A stretch of 64,000 bases of DNA from Syntrophales bacterium. Lineage in GTDB: Bacteria > Desulfobacterota > Syntrophia > Syntrophales > UBA4778. Made by a program: the position numbers and the translations under genes. Each line of letters opens with the position of its first letter. Position 1 is the first letter of the stretch. Shown here piece after piece: positions 57,324 to 64,000 of this stretch. The stretch covers positions 3,299 to 67,298 of the forward strand of contig JBHGBI010000002.1 in the NCBI GenBank assembly GCA_041946925.1, read 5' to 3'. The notes beneath the pieces are model-generated. The model searched no databases, was not told the origin of the DNA, and worked only from the letters and a program-made list of their open reading frames with translations.

Positions 57324-58400
57324 ATGATTATGTTCAAAAAACTCAAAGATATCGAGAGAAGATACGAAGAACTCGAAAAAAAATTGAGTGATCCTGATGT
57401 TGTCGGAAATCGCGGGGAATATCAGAAGGCGGCCAAGGAGCATGCGGATCTGCGGGATATTGTGAATACGTTCAGGCAGTATGAAAATGTCTTGAAGCAG
57501 ATCGAAGAGGATCAGAAACTCCTTCAGGAGAACGATGAGGAGATAAAGGAAATTCTGAAGGAAGAGATTCCGGAGCTCAAAGCCAGACGCGATGAGCTTG
57601 AGGGCCGGTTGAAAATTCTGCTTCTGCCCAAAGATCCCAATGACGAAAGAAATGTATTTCTGGAAATCAGGGCGGGGACAGGTGGTGATGAGGCGGCGCT
57701 TTTCGCCGCGGACCTCTTCCGAATGTACGCAAGATATGCCGAGCGTTCCGGCTGGAAAGTGGACGTGATGAGCAGCAGCTCCTCCGGCGGAATGGGTGGT
57801 TTCAAAGAAATCATAGCTCTTGTCGAAGGAAAAGGCGCTTTCAGAAGTCTCAAATACGAAAGCGGAGTACACCGGGTCCAGAGAGTTCCCGTAACAGAGT
57901 CCCAGGGGAGAATTCATACATCAGCCGTTACGGTGGCCGTTCTTCCGGAAGCTGAGGATGTGGAAGTCAATATCGATCCCGGTGATATACGGGTCGATGT
58001 ATATCGTTCCAGCGGCCATGGAGGGCAGAGCGTCAATACCACGGATTCAGCCGTCCGGATAACTCATTTGCCCACAGGAATGATTGTAACCTGCCAGGAC
58101 GAGAAATCCCAGCACAAGAATAAAGCGAAAGCTTTAAAAGTTCTGAAAGCGAGGCTCCTTGATCAAATGATCTCGGAACGGGATTCAAAAATATCGGAAA
58201 CGAGGAAAAATCAAGTCGGCAGCGGTGACAGAAGTGAGCGGATCAGGACTTACAATTTCCCCCAGGGGAGAGTGACCGATCACAGGATCGGCCTCACACT
58301 TTACAACCTGGAGAGCATTCTGGACGGAGACATTCAATTCATTATAGATTCACTGACCACCCATTTCCAGGCGGAGGCATTAAAGCGCTCGGCGGCATGA
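57324..58400 (+). CDS. prfA: peptide chain release factor 1
   Basis: RF1-specific PVT tripeptide ([13 protein letters not shown]) and the GGQ motif ([10 protein letters not shown]). Start is ATG 57324 or 57330. Confidence 0.95.
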   Translation: MIMFKKLKDIERRYEELEKKLSDPDVVGNRGEYQKAAKEHADLRDIVNTFRQYENVLKQIEEDQKLLQENDEEIKEILKEEIPELKARRDELEGRLKILLLPKDPNDERNVFLEIRAGTGGDEAALFAADLFRMYARYAERSGWKVDVMSSSSSGGMGGFKEIIALVEGKGAFRSLKYESGVHRVQRVPVTESQGRIHTSAVTVAVLPEAEDVEVNIDPGDIRVDVYRSSGHGGQSVNTTDSAVRITHLPTGMIVTCQDEKSQHKNKAKALKVLKARLLDQMISERDSKISETRKNQVGSGDRSERIRTYNFPQGRVTDHRIGLTLYNLESILDGDIQFIIDSLTTHFQAEALKRSAA

Positions 58401-58443
58401 GACGGCTTCGCGCTGCCGACGAACGGCTACGGGTTCGATTTTA

Positions 58444-59373
58444 GTGAAAAGCCAGACAGAAATTTTTAAACCGTCTTCTATTAAGGATGTATTGATTGAG
58501 GCGGTTGATGCGTTCAGGGATAGTGGGATACTGTCTGCGCGTCTTGATGCGGAGGTTTTACTGTCGCATTGCCTGGGAGTAAGCAGGCCTGAACTCTACA
58601 GGGATTTGAAAGAGCCCATGCCTTCCGACAAAATGGAAATGTTCCGGCTCCTGGTGGACAGACGCAGAAAAGGGGAACCTGTTGCTTACATCAGAGGCTG
58701 TAAGGAGTTCTGGTCGATGCAGTTCCGGGTTACTCCGGAAGTCCTGATACCGAGACCGGATACTGAAATTCTGGTCGAAGAGGTCATTGATTTCTGCAGG
58801 CGGGATGCGGGCAGGATCTTCAGGATTCTCGAGATCGGCACGGGCAGCGGGGCTGTCAGTATTGCAATTGCCTCTGAATTGAATAATGCCCGGATCACGG
58901 CGACTGACATATCGGAGAAAGCCCTTTCAATCGCCAGGGAAAACGCCGTTGCAAACGGGGTCGGCGATCGGATCATATTTCTGCACGGCAGTCTGTTTGA
59001 ACCGGTCAGGGGACTTTTCGATATTGTAGTAAGCAATCCCCCATATGTCTCCAGGCCGCAGTGGGATCGGCTGTGTTCGGAAATCCGCTTCTTTGAGCCG
59101 GAAGAGGCCCTGCTTGCGGGACCAGAGGGGACGGAATTCCACTGTCAGATTGCAAACGATATCCGGGATTATCTTGAATCCGGCGGGTGGCTCCTCATGG
59201 AGATGGGAAACGGCCAGTGGGAGCGCCTCAGGGAATTACTTGAGGAGGCGGCCGTTTTTGACGAGATCGGTTTCCGGGAGGATTATGCCGGAATACCGCG
59301 GGTCCTGAAAGCGAGAAAAAAACAGCCTTGCACTGACCGGGGAAAAGGCAGCACCGCAGATGGTTTCTTTTAA
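58444..59373 (+). CDS. prmC: release factor glutamine N5-methyltransferase
   Basis: GTG start. SAM motif ILEIGTGSGA and catalytic VSNPPY. Confidence 0.9.
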   Translation: MKSQTEIFKPSSIKDVLIEAVDAFRDSGILSARLDAEVLLSHCLGVSRPELYRDLKEPMPSDKMEMFRLLVDRRRKGEPVAYIRGCKEFWSMQFRVTPEVLIPRPDTEILVEEVIDFCRRDAGRIFRILEIGTGSGAVSIAIASELNNARITATDISEKALSIARENAVANGVGDRIIFLHGSLFEPVRGLFDIVVSNPPYVSRPQWDRLCSEIRFFEPEEALLAGPEGTEFHCQIANDIRDYLESGGWLLMEMGNGQWERLRELLEEAAVFDEIGFREDYAGIPRVLKARKKQPCTDRGKGSTADGFF

Positions 59374-59394
59374 TAACATGTCAGGGAGAATCCG

Positions 59395-60645
59395 GTGGAC
59401 AAGATTGTCATTAAGGGTGGAGCAAAGCTTCAGGGTGAAGTTTTCGTAAGCGGGTCCAAGAATGCGGCACTTCCCGTCATTGTTTCATCGCTCCTTACTG
59501 AGGGCTGGAATACATTTCACAACATTCCCAGGCTGGTTGACATAAGAACCATCAAAAGATTATTGAATAATCTCGGCGTTGAGATCGATGGCGCGGAAAC
59601 CCTCAGGATCAATGCCGCGAATATTACGAGTTGTGAAGCCCCTTATGATCTGGTCAAGACGATGAGGGCTTCCATCCTCGTACTCGGGCCGCTGGTCGCC
59701 CGCATGGGACGGGCCAGGGTCTCTCTGCCCGGCGGATGTGCCATAGGCGCCAGACCCGTGAACCTTCATGTCAAAGCTCTCGAGGATCTCGGTGCGACCA
59801 TCGAATTGAGAGACGGGTACCTTGAGGCCAGGGCGTCAAGGCTCAAGGGAGCGAAGGTTTATTTCGATATATCGACAGTAACAGGAACAGAAAACATCAT
59901 GATGGCAGCCGCCCTTGCCAGAGGGACGACTGTCATTGAAAATGCCGCAAAGGAACCGGAGATTACCAACCTTGCGGATGTACTGAACGGAATGGGGGCG
60001 AGAATTTACGGTGCCGGCACTGACGTCATTGAAATAGAAGGGGTGGATCAGATGTACCCTGTCGAGGCATCCGTGATTCCTGACAGGATAGAGGCGGGTA
60101 CATATATGATAGCGGCCGGGATCACCGGCGGCGATGTGAGAATCATGGGCTGCGAGCCATCTCATGTTGAGGCTCTCATCCTAAAGCTCAGGGATACCGG
60201 GATGGAAATCATTCCCCTTGAAGGCGGCATCCGGGTCATCGGCACGGGAAGAACGAAAAGCGTCGACATCAAGACGCTTCCTTACCCCGGGTTTCCAACC
60301 GACCTCCAGGCGCAGATGATGTCGCTTATGGCGCTCGGAAAGGGGCTCAGCGTCATCACGGAAACTGTATTTGAAAATCGTTTCATGCATGTCAGCGAGT
60401 TGATCAGAATGGGAGCGGATATTGTCGTTCAGGGCAACAGCGCCATTGTCAAAGGAGTGCCGGTGCTGAAGGGAGCACCTGTCATGGCAACCGACTTAAG
60501 GGCATCCGCATCCCTTGTTCTAGCCGGCCTGGCGGCGCAGGGCGTAACGGAGGTCTCCCGCGTCTATCACCTTGATCGGGGATATCAGGAAATCGAAAAG
60601 AAGCTCTCATCACTGGGAGCCGATATCAGGAGGGTCAGTGAATAG
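59395..60645 (+). CDS. murA: UDP-N-acetylglucosamine 1-carboxyvinyltransferase
   Basis: GTG start after [14 protein letters not shown]... with the active-site loop [12 protein letters not shown]. Confidence 0.95.
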   Translation: MDKIVIKGGAKLQGEVFVSGSKNAALPVIVSSLLTEGWNTFHNIPRLVDIRTIKRLLNNLGVEIDGAETLRINAANITSCEAPYDLVKTMRASILVLGPLVARMGRARVSLPGGCAIGARPVNLHVKALEDLGATIELRDGYLEARASRLKGAKVYFDISTVTGTENIMMAAALARGTTVIENAAKEPEITNLADVLNGMGARIYGAGTDVIEIEGVDQMYPVEASVIPDRIEAGTYMIAAGITGGDVRIMGCEPSHVEALILKLRDTGMEIIPLEGGIRVIGTGRTKSVDIKTLPYPGFPTDLQAQMMSLMALGKGLSVITETVFENRFMHVSELIRMGADIVVQGNSAIVKGVPVLKGAPVMATDLRASASLVLAGLAAQGVTEVSRVYHLDRGYQEIEKKLSSLGADIRRVSE

Positions 60646-61941
60646 ATGAGAGTCATCCGCACCGGCAGCGAAGCCTTCGATCTTGAGTTCCGGAGGATCA
60701 GGCATCGGGGGGATCTGGTAGAGGAATTCGAAAATGTGGTACGGCCGATCCTGAAGGATGTCGCCGCCAGGGGAGATGAGGCTGTTTTTGAATACACAAG
60801 AAAATACGATGCCTCCATTCTGGATTCCCGAACCGTGGAAGTGACGCCGCAGGAGATGGAGCAGGCCGTATCCTCCCTGGCCTCAAGAGACCTCGAGATT
60901 CTGGAACTGGCGGCCGCCCGCATCGAGCACTACCACCGCAAGCAATTGATGGAATCCCGGGTGGATGCCGATGAAGACGGCATTGAACTGGGATACATTA
61001 TACGGCCGCTTGAGCGCGTGGGTATCTACGCGCCTGGCGGGCTTGCCGTCTATCCTTCGACAGTCCTGATGGCTGCTATTCCGGCGAGAATCGCGGGCGT
61101 GAGCGAGATCATACTTGTCACCCCCGCCAAGGGTGGGAGGATGAACCCCTTTATCCTGGCCGCCGCTCGCCTGGCCGGTGTGCATCGTGTGTTCAAAGTA
61201 GGCGGAGCCCAGGCGATTGCCGCTCTTGCGTATGGAACGGCTTCGATTCCCCCGGTAGACAAGATCGTAGGACCGGGAAATGCCTATGTGACAGCCGCCA
61301 AGAAGATCGTCTTCGGGACGGTGGGCATCGACATGACGGCCGGTCCCAGTGAGGTTTTGATCATATCGGATGGTACGGCTGATCCCGTCGTTGCAGCCGC
61401 GGATCTCCTTTCCCAGGCCGAACATGACTGCATGGCATGTTCCATACTCCTCACGCCTCACCAGAAGTTTGCGAACAAAGTAGCCTCCGAAGTCGAGTCT
61501 CAAATCAAGAAACTTTCAAAAGGGTCTATTGTCGAAAGGGCGATTGCGGATTTCGGCGCCGTCATTATAACAAGGGATATGGACGAGGCCATCGAGGTCG
61601 CAAACAGATTTGCTCCGGAACATCTGCAATTGATGGTGGCGAATCCGGGGGAAATGCTGGGTCGGATAAGGAATGCGGGGGCTGTATTTCTGGGGTACAC
61701 GACACCGGAAGTAATCGGCGATTATCTGGCGGGTCCCAGTCATATTCTTCCTACCGGCGGCGCCGCGAGATTTGCTTCTCCCCTCGGGGTGTATGATTTT
61801 CTGAAAAGAACCAGTGTTATCTCCTTCTCCCGCGAGGCCCTGGGTAGATACGCAGAGGCGGCTCGGAGATTTGCCGAAATGGAAAAACTCGACGCCCACG
61901 GAAATTCCATCACGGTGAGATTGAATCCAAAAAAATCTTGA
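60646..61941 (+). CDS. hisD: histidinol dehydrogenase
   Basis: 431 aa. Contains HisD-type motifs (GGAQAIAALAYGT, QAEHD, APEH). The ATG abuts the murA stop. Confidence 0.95.
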   Translation: MRVIRTGSEAFDLEFRRIRHRGDLVEEFENVVRPILKDVAARGDEAVFEYTRKYDASILDSRTVEVTPQEMEQAVSSLASRDLEILELAAARIEHYHRKQLMESRVDADEDGIELGYIIRPLERVGIYAPGGLAVYPSTVLMAAIPARIAGVSEIILVTPAKGGRMNPFILAAARLAGVHRVFKVGGAQAIAALAYGTASIPPVDKIVGPGNAYVTAAKKIVFGTVGIDMTAGPSEVLIISDGTADPVVAAADLLSQAEHDCMACSILLTPHQKFANKVASEVESQIKKLSKGSIVERAIADFGAVIITRDMDEAIEVANRFAPEHLQLMVANPGEMLGRIRNAGAVFLGYTTPEVIGDYLAGPSHILPTGGAARFASPLGVYDFLKRTSVISFSREALGRYAEAARRFAEMEKLDAHGNSITVRLNPKKS

Positions 61942-62031
61942 CAATTATCGGGATAGACATTAGGTGAAAGACAGGCATCGGCAATCGGGTTGATTCTGAA
62001 TATCTGATGCCCGATGCCTATAAAAAACCGG

Positions 62032-62106
62032 GCGGGCGTAATTCAGCGGTAGAATGTCAGCTTCCCAAGCTGAACGTCGTGGGTTCGATTCCCATCGCCC
62101 GCTCCA
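62032..62106 (+). tRNA. tRNA-Gly (anticodon CCC), CCA encoded
   Basis: Manual cloverleaf: acceptor GCGGGCG/CGCCCGC, D arm ATTC-AGCGGTA-GAAT, anticodon arm TCAGC-TTCCCAA-GCTGA, variable ACGTC, T arm GTGGG-TTCGATT-CCCAT, discriminator T, then CCA. 75 nt. Confidence 0.9.
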
Positions 62107-62195
62107 ATATTCTCATCTTTGCCTCATTTTTTGCTTGCATTGCAGATCCTCTTGTGCTATTAAAAATAACGAATTCATTCTGTGTTTTACTGATG

Positions 62196-62220
62196 AGTGG
62201 GCCAGTGCCCACTTTTTTAT
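62196..62220 (+). terminator. rho-independent terminator/attenuator between the tRNA-Gly and rimP
   Basis: 7-bp stem AGTGGGC / GCCCACT with loop CAGT, followed by TTTTTTATTT. Confidence 0.6.
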
Positions 62221-62242
62221 TTAGTGCGATCGGGCATCTCAA

Positions 62243-62710
62243 TTGAAGACGTACAGGGACAAGATATGGGCTTTGATCGAGCATGTTGTCGCATCCAGAG
62301 GGATGGAGCTCATTGAAGTCGAATGCCGGAGGATGAAAACACGCTTTCTGGTAAGGATATTTCTTGACAAGGAGGGTGGAGTAACCCTTGATGATTGTCA
62401 GGAGATCAGTCATCTGGCGGGGGATATTCTCGATGTTCATGATATACCCCCCGGGCCTTACACGCTGGAAGTTTCCTCGCCCGGTCTTGATCGTCCCCTG
62501 ACGAGAAGCAAGGATTTTCTGAAATACAGGGGACGGATGGTCACGATAAGAACAGCCGAGAAACTGGAAGGAATCAGAAACTTCCACGGCAGGCTGGTTG
62601 ATTATATCGAGGAAGACGCAAGGGATGTTGTGACCATCGAAGTGGAAGGGAAGATATACAGGATACCGAGAGACATGATCGTGAAGGCTAATATAGAGTA
62701 TGAATTTTAA
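62243..62710 (+). CDS. rimP: ribosome maturation factor RimP
   Basis: 155 aa. Typical RimP N-terminal pattern (GMELIEVEC...) and position upstream of nusA. TTG start with a weak RBS. Confidence 0.82.
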   Translation: MKTYRDKIWALIEHVVASRGMELIEVECRRMKTRFLVRIFLDKEGGVTLDDCQEISHLAGDILDVHDIPPGPYTLEVSSPGLDRPLTRSKDFLKYRGRMVTIRTAEKLEGIRNFHGRLVDYIEEDARDVVTIEVEGKIYRIPRDMIVKANIEYEF

Positions 62711-62910
62711 ATTCCAAATTCCAAGCACCAAATAAAATTCGGGATTCAAAATCCATGGTTCTGAACGGGTTTGAACATCGGGGATTTGGTATTGGAAGTT
62801 GTTTGGGATTTGGTACTTTATCCTGTTCGGGATTTTTTTGAACAGCACGCACTTGGAGCAGAGTAATTAGACAATCTGATATATCTATGGCCCTCCCTTG
62901 GGATTGGGTC
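62711..62910. repeat. cluster of short GGGATT-type direct and inverted repeats in the rimP-nusA spacer
   Basis: GGGATTTGGTA occurs twice (62781, 62805). TTCGGGATT occurs twice (62738, 62826). GGGATTGGG occurs at 62900. The inverse CCAAAT occurs twice (62714, 62728). The left CCAAAT-rich arm can pair imperfectly with the GGGATTTGG-rich arm. Confidence 0.4.
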
Positions 62911-62927
62911 CATAACGGAGGTTTTAG

Positions 62928-64000
62928 ATGCTGCCGGAACTTAAACGTCTGATCGAACAGATGGGTAAGGAAAAAGGAATAGATAAGCAAATCATCATCG
63001 AGGCGCTGGAAACGGCGATGGTTACCGCTGCAAGGAAAAAACTGGGTCCAAAGGCCGAGATAGAGGCGCATTATAACGAGGAAGCCGGGGAGATAGAAGT
63101 CTTCCAGTTCAAGACCGTCGTTGAAAAGCCGGTGGATTATGACACCCAGATTTCAAAAAGTGAAGCTCGAAAATACTTTGATGAAGAGGCCGAGCCGGGT
63201 GACAGCCTCGGTATAAAAATCGAGACAACGACTTTCGGTAGAATCGCCGCGCAGACAGCGAAGCAGATTATCATACAAAAGGTAAAAGATGCTGAACGGG
63301 ATAACATCTATGAGGAATACAAGGACAAAAAGGGTCAACTGGTCAGCGGCTTCGTTCAGAGATTCGATTCCGGCAGTATTATTGTAAATCTGGGCCGCAC
63401 TGAAGGTATTATACCTGTGTCCGAACAGATCCATAGAGAGGCCTTTAAAAGGGGGGAAAGGATAAGGGCTTACGTATACGACGTGAAACGGATTTCCAAA
63501 GGACCTCAGATCATTCTTTCCCGGACCCACCCCGGATTCCTGAGGGCCTTGTTCGAAATGGAAGTGCCGGAGATCGCCGAGGGTCTGATAGAGATCGTCA
63601 GCGTTTCAAGAGAACCCGGCAACCGGTCGAAGATTTCAGTGAAGACAAAAGACAAGGATATAGATCCTGTGGGCGCGTGTGTCGGTATGCGTGGATCCAG
63701 GGTCCAGAGTGTAGTTCAGGAACTGAGAGGAGAGAAGATAGATATTGTCCCGTACGCGGATGACCCGGTTAAATATGTATGCAGCGCATTGTCGCCCGCC
63801 AAGGTGGACAAGGTCCTGCTGTATGAGGACGTCCGTTCCATGGAGGTAATAGTTCCGGATGATCAACTGTCCTTGGCCATCGGCAAGAACGGCCAGAACG
63901 TCAGGCTGGCGGCGAGGCTTACAGGGTGGAAAATAGACGTGAAGAGTGAATCCATGGTTGCTTCAGCGGCAAACGAAGGCTACAGGGTGCTCACGCACAT
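62928..64000 (+). CDS. nusA: transcription termination/antitermination factor NusA (C-terminus beyond the right edge)
   Basis: Absent from the ORF track because it is open at the window edge. ATG 62928 follows ACGGAGG. The translation MLPELKRLIEQMGKEKGIDKQIIIEALETAM...S1 domain (GQLVSGFVQRF...)...KH domains (DPVGACVGMRGSRVQSVVQEL, LAIGKNGQNVRLAARLTGWKIDV) stays open to position 64000. Confidence 0.93.
   Translation, partial: MLPELKRLIEQMGKEKGIDKQIIIEALETAMVTAARKKLGPKAEIEAHYNEEAGEIEVFQFKTVVEKPVDYDTQISKSEARKYFDEEAEPGDSLGIKIETTTFGRIAAQTAKQIIIQKVKDAERDNIYEEYKDKKGQLVSGFVQRFDSGSIIVNLGRTEGIIPVSEQIHREAFKRGERIRAYVYDVKRISKGPQIILSRTHPGFLRALFEMEVPEIAEGLIEIVSVSREPGNRSKISVKTKDKDIDPVGACVGMRGSRVQSVVQELRGEKIDIVPYADDPVKYVCSALSPAKVDKVLLYEDVRSMEVIVPDDQLSLAIGKNGQNVRLAARLTGWKIDVKSESMVASAANEGYRVLTH

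Noticed and set aside
61946-62031. Inverted repeat AGGCATCGG...CCGATGCCT (61973-62019) as the hisD terminator, and TTGACA at 61938 as a tRNA promoter
   Set aside because: The 9-bp stem has a 29-nt loop and is followed by an A-run rather than a T-run on the + strand. The putative -10 (TAGGTG) is poor. I noted both but do not report them as features.
62057-62848. 263-aa minus-strand ORF
   Set aside because: It runs antisense through the tRNA-Gly, a terminator, all of rimP and the repeat region. It has no RBS or motif and is incompatible with the well-supported + strand features.
62711-62910. CRISPR array interpretation of the GGGATT repeats
   Set aside because: The repeats are only 9-11 bp, irregularly spaced and partly inverted. 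There are no cas genes. This does not fit a repeat-spacer architecture.

Overview
This is a gene-dense chromosomal window with about 60 CDS and 1 tRNA. I saw no rRNA, CRISPR array, transposase or integrase. The gene content looks like an anaerobic, H2/formate-cycling, syntroph-like (deltaproteobacterial-type) organism, but that taxonomic reading is inference only. The ORF track accepts TTG/GTG starts and omits ORFs that are open at the window edges, so two real genes are missing from it: abfD at the left edge and nusA at the right edge. Blocks: (i) 1-4.0 kb is a minus-strand operon of Fe-alcohol dehydrogenase, acyl-CoA dehydrogenase and 4-hydroxybutyryl-CoA dehydratase, with a near-consensus promoter. 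(ii) plsC-ftsK-rimO-ispB and nnr are housekeeping. (iii) 11.4-13.2 kb holds a tightly coupled two-gene module, an ABC-type (AAA_15/21-like) ATPase plus a small TOPRIM-like protein, wedged between cutA and nnr. This is the best candidate for an uncharacterised conflict or defence system (split OLD/PARIS-like logic). (iv) 13.2-23.7 kb is miscellaneous: cutA, flavodoxin-like protein, methyltransferases, APC permease, lgt, trxB, a DUF169 plus PaaK-like ligase pair, mobB, and an exported thioredoxin-fold/peroxiredoxin pair. (v) 23.7-36.7 kb is a one-strand 13-kb nickel supercluster: nikR, a CbiMNQO-type ECF transporter, hypE/F/B/D/C/A, a maturation protease, cytochrome b, and the [NiFe] hydrogenase large and Tat-exported small subunits. 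(vi) 36.9-42.4 kb holds a ModE-N-domain-only regulator and a periplasmic selenocysteine formate dehydrogenase fdnGHI. The two ORF-track pieces of fdnG are one gene joined by an in-frame UGA at 38249-38251, and selA lies 9.7 kb downstream. (vii) The remainder is housekeeping: rlmI, htrA, endonuclease-III-related plus PHP hydrolase, glutaminyl cyclase, Lpd-like flavoprotein, def, HemN-like radical SAM, selA, rluD, pgeF, rho, rpmE, prfA, prmC, murA, hisD, tRNA-Gly(CCC), rimP, nusA. All functional calls rest on motif and sequence recognition by eye. No database search was run.
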